Assembly: GCA_944393125.1 (NCBI GenBank)
Contig: CALXZB010000003.1
Coordinates: 4,693 to 68,692 of the forward strand
Direction: 5' to 3'
Length of the DNA stretch: 64,000 nucleotides
Source of the DNA: an uncultured Clostridia bacterium
GTDB lineage: Bacteria > Bacillota > Clostridia > TANB77 > CAG-508
A program made the position numbers and the translations under genes. Under the pieces are notes generated by a model that saw only the letters and a list, made by a program, of their open reading frames with translations, did not search any database and was not told the DNA's origin. Below are positions 1 to 8,169 of this stretch, in pieces (within the stretch, counting starts at the first letter, position 1; every line of letters starts with the position of its first letter).

Positions 1-1017
1 GTATTTAAAATAATAGAAGAAGTCGTACCATACACATTTAAGAAATTTACAAATTCGAAAGTTGATGAAGGACCATTTATAAGAATTCCATATAAAGAGG
101 CAATGGAGAAATATGGAATAGATAAACCTGATTTACGTAATCCATTAATAATTCAAGATGTAACAAATATATTTAAAGATACTGACTTTAATGCATTCAA
201 AAATAAAACTGTAAAAGCAATAGTTGTACCAAACGGAGCAGAACAAGGAAGAAAATTCTTTGACAAAATGACAGAATTTGCAACATCAGATGAAGTTGGA
301 GCAAAAGGATTAGCTTGGACAAAATTCGAAAAAGAAGGAAATGTTCAAGGTGGAATTGCTAAATTCATAACAGAAGAAGTTAAATATAAATTAGAAAACC
401 AAATTGGAATAAAAAATGGAGATAGCATATTCTTTATAGCAGATGAACTATCAAAAGCGCAAAAAATTGCAGGACTTGTAAGAATAGAATTAGGAGAAAA
501 ATTAGATTTAATAGAAAAGAATGTATACAAATTCTGTTTTATAGTAGATTTTCCAATGTATGAATTATCAGATGAAGGAAAAATAGATTTTTGCCATAAT
601 CCATTTTCTATGCCACAAGGTGGATTAAATTCATTAAATACAATGAATCCATTAGATATATTAGCATATCAATATGATTTAGTATGTAATGGATATGAAA
701 TGGCATCAGGAGCAGTAAGAAATCATGATCCAGAGATAATGGTAAAAGCATTTGAAATAGCTGGATATACAGAAGAAGATGTAAAAAATAGATTTGGAGC
801 ATTATATAATGCTTTCCAGTATGGTACACCTCCACATGCTGGAGCTGCACCAGGAATTGATAGAATGATAATGTTAATAGCTAATTCAACAAATATAAGA
901 GAAGTAATAGCATTTCCAAAAAATAAAAAAGCAAGAGACTTATTAATGAGAGCACCATCTTTTGTAACAAAACAACAATTAGATGATGTACATATTCAAA
1001 TAAAAGACCTTCAGTAA
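1..1017 (+). CDS. aspS: aspartyl-tRNA synthetase, C-terminal part (5' end lies outside the window)
   Basis: Frame 1 is open from base 1. The class II aaRS motif-3 region GTPPHAGAAPGIDRMIMLI and FPKNKKARDLLMRAP are typical of the AspRS C-terminus. Confidence 0.9.
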   Translation, partial: VFKIIEEVVPYTFKKFTNSKVDEGPFIRIPYKEAMEKYGIDKPDLRNPLIIQDVTNIFKDTDFNAFKNKTVKAIVVPNGAEQGRKFFDKMTEFATSDEVGAKGLAWTKFEKEGNVQGGIAKFITEEVKYKLENQIGIKNGDSIFFIADELSKAQKIAGLVRIELGEKLDLIEKNVYKFCFIVDFPMYELSDEGKIDFCHNPFSMPQGGLNSLNTMNPLDILAYQYDLVCNGYEMASGAVRNHDPEIMVKAFEIAGYTEEDVKNRFGALYNAFQYGTPPHAGAAPGIDRMIMLIANSTNIREVIAFPKNKKARDLLMRAPSFVTKQQLDDVHIQIKDLQ

Positions 1018-1033
1018 AACTGAAGGCTTTTTC
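1006..1033. terminator. hairpin plus T-run after aspS, shared with the convergent DUF378 gene
   Basis: Stem CCTTCAG/CTGAAGG overlaps the aspS stop codon and is followed by CTTTTT. Confidence 0.6.
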
Positions 1034-1051
1034 ATTAATTAAATTTTATGA

Positions 1052-1246
1052 TTAATAATCAAGTTTAGTATATAATCCTATAGACAATATACCAGATATA
1101 CCAACTAAAACATATACAATTCTGCTTAAAACACTCATATTACCAAATAAAGTAGCGACTAAATCAAAATTTAAAAGACCAATAAGTAACCAGTTAAGAG
1201 CACCAATGATAACAAGTGTTAAAGCAATATAATATAAAACTTTCAT
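1052..1246 (-). CDS. small DUF378-type membrane protein (64 aa)
   Basis: Two TM helices with a GALNWLLIGLLNFDLV motif characteristic of DUF378. Start placed at the internal ATG (MKVLYY) behind GAAAGGA rather than the ORF-track start at 1312. Confidence 0.7.
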   Translation of the reverse strand: MKVLYYIALTLVIIGALNWLLIGLLNFDLVATLFGNMSVLSRIVYVLVGISGILSIGLYTKLDY

Positions 1247-1379
1247 AAATAAATTCAGTCCTTTCTTTTTTCTTTTATTAATAGTATATAAAACTTGTAT
1301 AAAAATATGCAAAAATTTTGAATATTACCAAAAAAGATGTTATAATAAAAATGATTTTTTTTTCGTTTAAGGAGGTTTT

Positions 1380-2837
1380 ATGAAAAAATATAGGTTAGAA
1401 ATAATAGTATTCTTTGCTGGTGCAATAGGTATGGGACTAGAATTAATTGCAGCAAGAATTCTTTCACCATATGTAGGAAGTTCAAATGTAGTTTGGACAA
1501 GTATAATTGGAATAATATTAGCAAGTATGAGTTTAGGATATTGGATAGGAGGAAAAAGAGCAGATAAAAATGCAACTATAGACCAAATTTCAGATATATT
1601 ATTAATATCAGCAATTTTTACAAGTATTATACCAATATTAGAAACTTTGGTTGTAAAGCAACTTGCTGAAATGATAGAAAATTTAACAATATCAGCAATC
1701 TTATGTGCAATAATTGTATTTTCAATACCAAGTTTCATATTAGCAATGATATCTCCATATGCAGTAAAAATAAAAAGTAAAGAAGAAAGTGAAATTGGAT
1801 CATTATCAGGAAGAATATCATCTTTATCAACAATAGGAAGTATAATAGGAACATTTTCAATGGGATTTTTATTAATACCTAATATTGGAGTAACTAATAT
1901 TAATATTATAATAACATTATTGTTAATAGTATTATCTATATTTAGTAAAGAAAAGAAAAATAAAAAGTATTTATATGTAATAATTTTAAATATAAGTATA
2001 GTATTAATTTTAATTATATTAGGAAAATGGATTTTTAAATTAAATAATCCAGATATATTATTAGATACTGATTCACAATATAGTAGAATTTGGGTAAAAC
2101 AAATAGCAACAGAAAAAAACACATATAAAACATTACAAGTAGATACAGGATTAGAATCTTATATTGACATAGACACAGGAGAAATGGGAGCAAAATATTT
2201 GAGATTTTATGATTTTTTTGAATATTTTAATAAAAATGCTAAAGATACACTTCTAATAGGAGGAGCAGCATATACATATCCTATTCATTATCTTGACAAA
2301 TTCGAAAATAAAACAATAGATGTTGTAGAAATTGATGAAAAAATGACAGAAATTGCCCAAAATGAATTTGGACTAGATACAAGTAATCCTAGACTAAATA
2401 TTTATAATCAAGATGGAAGAAGTTATTTAAATTATAGTGAAAAGAAATATGATACTATCTTAATAGATGCATTTAAAGGTATGAATGCACCTTTTGAACT
2501 TACAACATATCAAGCCCTTTCTAATGCTAAAAATTTGTTAAATGAAAACGGAATAGTATTAACAAATATTATTTCCTCAATTGAAGGAGAAAATTCAAAA
2601 TTTATTCAATATGAATATGCAACTTATAAAGCTGTTTTTGACGATGTAAAAATATTTATGGTAAATAGTAATGATAGAGAAGTAGAACAAAATCTAATCC
2701 TTATGGGAATAAAAGGAAATCCAGAAATAGATGATAGCAAATTTGAAAAATATAATAATTATTTAAAAATGGAAGTTACTAATTTTGAAACAAATAAAAA
2801 GATTGTAACTGATGATTTTGCACCAATAGGAAATTAG
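1380..2837 (+). CDS. polytopic membrane protein fused to a spermidine-synthase-like methyltransferase-fold domain
   Basis: RBS AAGGAGG. N-terminal about 200 aa are multi-TM. The C-terminal part has LLIGGAAYTYP, VVEIDEKM and YDTILIDAF motifs typical of spermidine synthase-like proteins. Confidence 0.75.
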   Translation: MKKYRLEIIVFFAGAIGMGLELIAARILSPYVGSSNVVWTSIIGIILASMSLGYWIGGKRADKNATIDQISDILLISAIFTSIIPILETLVVKQLAEMIENLTISAILCAIIVFSIPSFILAMISPYAVKIKSKEESEIGSLSGRISSLSTIGSIIGTFSMGFLLIPNIGVTNINIIITLLLIVLSIFSKEKKNKKYLYVIILNISIVLILIILGKWIFKLNNPDILLDTDSQYSRIWVKQIATEKNTYKTLQVDTGLESYIDIDTGEMGAKYLRFYDFFEYFNKNAKDTLLIGGAAYTYPIHYLDKFENKTIDVVEIDEKMTEIAQNEFGLDTSNPRLNIYNQDGRSYLNYSEKKYDTILIDAFKGMNAPFELTTYQALSNAKNLLNENGIVLTNIISSIEGENSKFIQYEYATYKAVFDDVKIFMVNSNDREVEQNLILMGIKGNPEIDDSKFEKYNNYLKMEVTNFETNKKIVTDDFAPIGN

Positions 2838-2847
2838 AATAAAAATC

Positions 2848-2876
2848 TTTACAAACTATAAAAACCATGTTATAAT
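2848..2876 (+). promoter_or_regulatory. sigma-A-type promoter of the pheST leader
   Basis: TTTACA, 17-nt spacer, TATAAT with extended TG (TGTTATAAT). Confidence 0.5.
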
Positions 2877-2894
2877 AACAAATATAAAATAATA

Positions 2895-3152
2895 AGAGCC
2901 TATGAAAAAGCAAAGTAAATATATTAATTTATATTACAGAGAGAGTAGCATAGCTGAGAGCTATTTATATAAAATATATTGAAATTTCACTTTTGAGGTC
3001 TTGCTTTGAAAGTTAAGTAGAAGTGAGCGTTTGTAACGTTAAAACTAAAATAAGGTTAATAATATAATAAATATAGAAATTATTAATAAAATTAGGTGGT
3101 ACCACGAAAAGAATCATTCGTCCTAGTAAAATTAGGAGAATGATTCTTTTTA
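2895..3152 (+). promoter_or_regulatory. T-box riboswitch leader, probable Phe specifier (UUC)
   Basis: Stem I elements AGAGAGAGTAGC...GCTGAGAGC. Candidate specifier TTC followed by A at about 2986-2989. Conserved T-box AAATTAGGTGGTACCACG at 3089-3106. Terminator GAATCATTC/GAATGATTC plus TTTTT at 3111-3152. It lies upstream of pheST. Confidence 0.8.
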
Positions 3153-3174
3153 TAGTATTAAAAGGAGAGATGAT

Positions 3175-3489
3175 ATGGAAGAAAAAACAAATAAAAAGAA
3201 AAAAGGAATAAAAGGAATTTTAATATTTTTAATAATAATATTAATAATAGTAGGATTATATTTTACAACTGTAGTTGTAAAAAAAATTAATATAAGCAAA
3301 TTAATTAATGAATATTGTCCATACAATGGAGAACATCCTGTAGAAACAGGTGCAAAAGGAGAAATACATTCAACATGTAAAGGATGTAGTAAACTAATGA
3401 AATTTGAATATAAAATTGCAGATGAACTGTGTGAAGAATGTGCACAAGAATTACATAGGTGTAAACGCTGTGGAAAATTATTAAAATAG
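3175..3489 (+). CDS. small membrane-anchored Cys-rich (zinc-ribbon-like) protein, 104 aa
   Basis: RBS AAAGGAGAG. K-rich N-terminus followed by one TM ([16 protein letters not shown]). The C-terminal part carries CPY..H, CKGC, CEEC and CKRC pairs. It lies between the T-box terminator and pheS (13-nt gap). Confidence 0.6.
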   Translation: MEEKTNKKKKGIKGILIFLIIILIIVGLYFTTVVVKKINISKLINEYCPYNGEHPVETGAKGEIHSTCKGCSKLMKFEYKIADELCEECAQELHRCKRCGKLLK

Positions 3490-3502
3490 AGAGGAGAAAA
3501 AC

Positions 3503-4552
3503 ATGAAAGAACAAATTAACAAAATTAAAGAACAAGCTTTAAAAGATATTTCAGCTGTAGAAGAAATAAAAACATTAAATGATGTAAAAGTAAAATACCT
3601 AGGAAAAAAAGGAGAATTAACAAGTGTATTAAGAGGAATGGGAAGTTTGTTGCCAGAAGAAAGACCTATTATAGGAAGTCTTGTAAATGAAGTCAGAGAG
3701 GAAATTGAACAAGCAATAAAAGCAAAAGAAGAAAAATTTCAAGAAATGGAACTACAAGAAAAATTAGAAAAAGAAACAATAGATATTACATTACCTGGTA
3801 CAAAAATAAAAAGAGGTAGTAAACATCCAGTTAACAGAGTAATAGAAGAAATAGAAGACTTATTTGTATCTATGGGATATGATGTTGTATCAGGACCAGA
3901 ACTAGAAACAGACGAATTTTGCTTTGAAAGATTAAACTTACCAAAAGGGCATCCTGCAAGAGATATGCAAGACAGTTTTTATATAACAAAAGAATATTTA
4001 TTAAGAACTCAAACATCAGCAGTTCAAGCAAGAACAATGTTAGCAAATACAGAAAAAACACCTATAAGAATGATATGTGCAGGAAAAACATACCGTAGAG
4101 AAGACGATGCAACACATTCACATCAATTTGGTCAAGTAGAAGGATTAGTAATAGATAAAAAAGAAAGAAACGTATCTCTTGCAGACTTAAAAGGAACATT
4201 AGAAATATTTGTAAAGAAATTAATAGGAAAAAATTGTGAATTACGTTTTAGACCAAGTTATTTTCCATTTACAGAGCCATCATACGAAGTAGATGTAAGT
4301 TGTTTTAAATGCGGTGGAAAAGGATGCAGTCTATGTAAGCAAACAGGATGGATAGAAGTATTAGGGGCTGGAATTGTTCATCCACATGTATTAGAAATGA
4401 ATGGATATAATCCAGAACTATATGGAGGATTTGCATTTGGAACAGGATTAGATAGATTAGCAATGTTTAAATATGCAATACCAGATATGAGATATTTATA
4501 TACAAATGATATAAGATTTTTATCACAATTTGATAGAAAAGATGAAGAATAA
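3503..4552 (+). CDS. pheS: phenylalanyl-tRNA synthetase alpha subunit
   Basis: Class II motifs ([36 protein letters not shown]). RBS GAGGAG. Confidence 0.97.
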   Translation: MKEQINKIKEQALKDISAVEEIKTLNDVKVKYLGKKGELTSVLRGMGSLLPEERPIIGSLVNEVREEIEQAIKAKEEKFQEMELQEKLEKETIDITLPGTKIKRGSKHPVNRVIEEIEDLFVSMGYDVVSGPELETDEFCFERLNLPKGHPARDMQDSFYITKEYLLRTQTSAVQARTMLANTEKTPIRMICAGKTYRREDDATHSHQFGQVEGLVIDKKERNVSLADLKGTLEIFVKKLIGKNCELRFRPSYFPFTEPSYEVDVSCFKCGGKGCSLCKQTGWIEVLGAGIVHPHVLEMNGYNPELYGGFAFGTGLDRLAMFKYAIPDMRYLYTNDIRFLSQFDRKDEE

Positions 4553-4578
4553 ACTACTAAGATTTAAGGAGGAAAGAA

Positions 4579-6942
4579 ATGAAATTAAGTACAAATTTTG
4601 TTAAAGACTATATAGATATAGATGTAGATGTAAAACAATTAGCAGAAGATATGACAAGAGTTGGTAATGAATATGACTCTGCTGGTAAATTAATAAATGC
4701 AACTAAACTAATAATAGGAAAAATAATAGAATGTGTAGATCATCCTGATTCAGACCATTTACACCTTTGTAAAGTAGATATCGGAAAAGAAGTTCTAAAT
4801 ATAGTATGTGGAGCTCCTAATGCAAGAAAAGGATTAAAAGTTATTGTTGCACAAAATGGAGCAGAACTTCCAGAAAAAACTATAAAAAAAGGAATGATAA
4901 GGGGACAAGAATCAAATGGAATGCTTTGCTCAATTGCTGAACTTGGATTAGAGCATAAATTCTTAAAACCTGAAGACAAAGATGGAATTGCTGAACTTGG
5001 AGAAGATGCAGTTATTGGAGAAGATCCAATTAAATATCTTGGATTAAATGATGATGTTATAGATTTTGAACTAACAGCTAATAGAGGAGATTTATTAAGT
5101 GTACTAGGAATGGCATATGAAATAGGAGCAATATATGATAAAACTGTAAAAACAGTAGATTTAAGTCATAAAGAATATGGAAAAGATTTAAATGAAAGTT
5201 TTAAAACAGAAGTAAAAACAGATAATTGCAAATTACTTTTAGTAAAAAAAGTAGAAAATGTTGAAATAAAAGAAAGTCCAAGTTTTATAAAAAATAGATT
5301 AATAGCATCAGGTATAAGACCAATTAATAATGTAGTAGATATAAGTAATTATGTAATGCTAGAATTAGGGCAACCATTACATTTTTATGATGCAGATAGA
5401 CTAGGAAAAAAATTAGTAGTAAGAATGGCAGAAAAAGGTGAAAAACTTACCACTCTAGATAATATAGAAAGAACTTTAGACGATTCAGATATAGTAATTG
5501 CAGATAGTACTCATGGAGTTGGACTTGCAGGAGTAATGGGAGGTTTAGAAACAGAAGTTGAAAATGATACTAAAAATATAATAATAGAATCAGCCATTTT
5601 TGACTCTGTAAAAATAAGATTAACATCAAAAAAGATTTTAAGAAGTGAGGCAAGCAATAGATTTGAAAAAGGATTAGATCCTAATAGAACATATATGGCA
5701 ATAGAAAGAGCATGTACATTATTAGAAAAATATGCAAATGGAAAAGTTGTTACTGGAATTGTTAAATATGATAAAACAGATAATAAAGAAAAAGAAATTA
5801 ATTTAGAGTTCAAAAATGTTAATGATGTATTAGGAACAACAATTTCACAAAAAGAAATTCTTGATGTATTTAGAAAATTAGGATTTTCTTATTCTGTAAA
5901 AGGAGATATTGTAACAGTCAAAGTTCCTACAAGAAGACTAGATATATCTATAAAAGAAGACTTAATTGAAGAAGTTAGCCGTATATATGGAGTTGACAAT
6001 ATACAGGGAAAACTACCAGTAGTGCCTATGAAAAAAGGAACATTTGATAAAACTCAAAGAGAAATAAGAAACAAGATGATAGCACTTGGATTAAATGAAA
6101 CATTAACATATGTTTTAATTAATGACAAAGAAGTACATAAATTCACTTTAGATGAATTTGAGGAATTGAAATTATTAGATCCAATTACAGAAGACAGAAA
6201 TACATTAAGATATACAATAATACCATCATTATTAAAAATATATGAATATAATAATGCAAGAGGACAAAAAGATATATCAATATTTGAAATAGGAAAAGGT
6301 TTTTACAAAAAAGGAGAAATATACGGAGAAGACACAAAACTATGCTGTTTAATGACAGGAAAATATTCAATAGGATTAAATCATACTAATAATGTTGACT
6401 TCTATACAATTAAAGGTGTTGTAGAAGAGATTCTAAATTATTTAGGATATGAAGGAAGATATAGCTTTATAAAACAAGAAATGCCAAAAGAAATACATCC
6501 AGGTCAAAGTGCATATATAAATGTAAATGGAACTGATGTAGGAATTATTGGAAAACTACATCCAAATGTAAGTAAAGAAGATATTTATGTATTTGAAATT
6601 AATTTAGATGAATTATTTAAGAAAAAAGTTGGAAAAATGAAATATAAAGAAATTTCAAAATTTCCAAGTGTAAAAAAAGATGTTGCATTTTTAATCAATA
6701 AAAAAGTAGTATCAAAAGACATTGAAAAAGTTATTAAAAATTCAGGGGGAAGTATACTTTCAGATATAGAAGTATTTGATGTTTACACAGGAAAAAATAT
6801 AGATGAAAATAAAAAATCTATTGCATATTCATTAAATTTTATAGATAATAAGAAAACCCTAACAGATGAAGAAGTTAATAATTTATTAGAAAAAATTATT
6901 AAAAATGTTTGTGATAAATTTGGAGCAGAACTTAGAAAATAA
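4579..6942 (+). CDS. pheT: phenylalanyl-tRNA synthetase beta subunit
   Basis: 787 aa with tRNA-binding, B3/4, B5 and FDX-ACB regions recognisable (NRGDLLSVLGMAYE, RFEKGLDP). RBS AAGGAGG. Confidence 0.97.
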   Translation: MKLSTNFVKDYIDIDVDVKQLAEDMTRVGNEYDSAGKLINATKLIIGKIIECVDHPDSDHLHLCKVDIGKEVLNIVCGAPNARKGLKVIVAQNGAELPEKTIKKGMIRGQESNGMLCSIAELGLEHKFLKPEDKDGIAELGEDAVIGEDPIKYLGLNDDVIDFELTANRGDLLSVLGMAYEIGAIYDKTVKTVDLSHKEYGKDLNESFKTEVKTDNCKLLLVKKVENVEIKESPSFIKNRLIASGIRPINNVVDISNYVMLELGQPLHFYDADRLGKKLVVRMAEKGEKLTTLDNIERTLDDSDIVIADSTHGVGLAGVMGGLETEVENDTKNIIIESAIFDSVKIRLTSKKILRSEASNRFEKGLDPNRTYMAIERACTLLEKYANGKVVTGIVKYDKTDNKEKEINLEFKNVNDVLGTTISQKEILDVFRKLGFSYSVKGDIVTVKVPTRRLDISIKEDLIEEVSRIYGVDNIQGKLPVVPMKKGTFDKTQREIRNKMIALGLNETLTYVLINDKEVHKFTLDEFEELKLLDPITEDRNTLRYTIIPSLLKIYEYNNARGQKDISIFEIGKGFYKKGEIYGEDTKLCCLMTGKYSIGLNHTNNVDFYTIKGVVEEILNYLGYEGRYSFIKQEMPKEIHPGQSAYINVNGTDVGIIGKLHPNVSKEDIYVFEINLDELFKKKVGKMKYKEISKFPSVKKDVAFLINKKVVSKDIEKVIKNSGGSILSDIEVFDVYTGKNIDENKKSIAYSLNFIDNKKTLTDEEVNNLLEKIIKNVCDKFGAELRK

Positions 6943-6947
6943 GAAAT

Positions 6948-6973
6948 CCCCCACCGTAATGAAACGGTGGGGG
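6948..6973. terminator. GC-rich bidirectional terminator between pheT and the convergent foreign ORF
   Basis: 9-bp stem CCCCCACCG/CGGTGGGGG flanked by T-rich runs on both strands. Confidence 0.75.
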
Positions 6974-7020
6974 CAAATTTTTACCTAAATCTAAGTCAAA
7001 AACTCAGAAAAGGTGGAGGA

Positions 7021-7593
7021 TCATGCCGGATAGATGTCAGACAACAGGCCGATATCTTTGCCGGAATCATCACATACCAAATAACTGTGGTAGTCCTTGT
7101 CAAAAGTGGACAAGATGGTAGCTTTGGGATTACCATTTTTGTCCATTCCATGACTCAGGATAAAGTCAATGCCGATACGCCCACTGGAGGGTTTACCATT
7201 GATATTAATGGTAGCTGTTCCATCACCATTGTAGGTGAGGTTACAATGCTTGACCCACAAGGGCTTTGCCTCATCTTCGCTGGGAATAAGCATTGCGTGA
7301 AGAATGCGAGGCTTTGTGTAGAAGAGCCCATCTACTTTGGTCAGATTAACTCCGACCTGTCCAATGGACCAGCAGTTGAATCCGCTGGTAGTCTTATCAG
7401 ACTTTTCAAAACAGATAACAGATCCGAGAGGAGCTGCTACCGGCCCAGAAACATTGTCCAAAATCAGCTGATGGTGTTCCACACTGATTGCATCCCGAAG
7501 AAATTCAGGAATTGTGCTCAGAGTGGAAATCTCCACAGAATTTTCTTGCTGAGCTACAGCAGGGGCATGGATCTTAATGACGTTGTACAACAT
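7021..7593 (-). CDS. hypothetical protein, 190 aa, in a GC-rich (about 45%) segment, probably horizontally acquired
   Basis: ATG at 7593 is preceded by GGAGG (7601-7605 on the + strand reads CCTCC). The ORF-track start at 7608 is a TTG inside that RBS. No motif I recognise. The predicted fold looks beta-rich. Confidence 0.6.
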   Translation of the reverse strand: MLYNVIKIHAPAVAQQENSVEISTLSTIPEFLRDAISVEHHQLILDNVSGPVAAPLGSVICFEKSDKTTSGFNCWSIGQVGVNLTKVDGLFYTKPRILHAMLIPSEDEAKPLWVKHCNLTYNGDGTATININGKPSSGRIGIDFILSHGMDKNGNPKATILSTFDKDYHSYLVCDDSGKDIGLLSDIYPA

Positions 7594-7737
7594 TTTGTTA
7601 ACCTCCAAAAATTTTTTGTTAATAAAATTAACACTATTATTATACCAAATTTTAATAAAAAAGTCAATTTATGTAAATTATAAATTAATTCTAAAAAGGT
7701 ATTATTTATAAAAAATTAGAATTTTTGTTCGCAAGTA

Positions 7738-7766
7738 TTGCTATTTTTAATGTAACATGCTATTAT
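7738..7766 (+). promoter_or_regulatory. candidate promoter of the 33-aa hydrophobic peptide gene
   Basis: TTGCTA, 17-nt spacer, TATTAT. Confidence 0.4.
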
Positions 7767-7851
7767 TATTTAACATAGGAAATGAGAATAAGCAGATGTG
7801 TGTTTCCACTTTACTACATAGTTTATACTATGGGAAAGTGAGGTGGTGTTT

Positions 7852-7953
7852 ATGGAATTTATATTATCATTAATATATGCATTGGGATTTTCCCTTACTG
7901 TAAACGTAGCCTTATTAGCAATTATATATATAATGTGGACAAATAAGGAATAA
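7852..7953 (+). CDS. 33-aa hydrophobic peptide, type I toxin-like
   Basis: MEFILSLIYALGFSLTVNVALLAIIYIMWTNKE. Strong SD GAGGTGG lies 4-5 nt upstream. It has a single TM helix plus a short polar tail. It is below the ORF-track length cutoff. Confidence 0.45.
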   Translation: MEFILSLIYALGFSLTVNVALLAIIYIMWTNKE

Positions 7954-8037
7954 TAAAAACAACACATCTTTGCTTGACCGGCAGATGTGTTGTTACGACT
8001 AATATGTGGTAACCACTATTTGTGGTTTTCATTTCCT
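7953..8037 (-). ncRNA. putative convergent antisense sRNA (antitoxin-like), about 85 nt
   Basis: Near-consensus minus-strand promoter. On the minus strand, the hairpin AACAACACATCT/AGATGTGTTGTT (7958-7994) is followed by TTTTTATT, so it works as an intrinsic terminator in that direction only. The transcript would overlap the 3' end and 3' UTR of the peptide gene. Confidence 0.4.
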
Positions 8038-8043
8038 ATATTT

Positions 8044-8072
8044 ATTATACTAATTTTCTATATAAAAGTCAA
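8044..8072 (-). promoter_or_regulatory. near-consensus sigma-A promoter on the minus strand driving the putative antisense sRNA
   Basis: The minus strand reads TTGACT, a 17-nt spacer, then TATAAT. Confidence 0.5.
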
Positions 8073-8109
8073 TGATTTTTTGTCTATATTAAAAAACTTT
8101 ACATAAATG

Positions 8110-8138
8110 TTGCACAGAAATATTAAATATGATATAAT
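8110..8138 (+). promoter_or_regulatory. promoter of the deaminase-fusion gene
   Basis: TTGCAC, 17-nt spacer, TATAAT. Confidence 0.45.
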
Positions 8139-8169
8139 AGAATACAATATTTAAAAAAGGAGATTAGAA

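Noticed and set aside
1367-2122. 251-aa minus-strand ORF (and 1378-1575) antisense to the spermidine-synthase-like gene
   Set aside because: It is an I/L/F/N-rich low-complexity translation typical of the antisense frame of AT-rich coding DNA. It has no RBS, and the + strand gene has recognisable domains.
6967-7683. 238-aa + strand ORF covering the whole GC-rich segment
   Set aside because: It starts at a GTG inside the pheT terminator hairpin and has no RBS. It is the mirror of the minus-strand ORF, which has GGAGG plus ATG and ends before the shared terminator. Long shadow ORFs are expected in GC-richer DNA.
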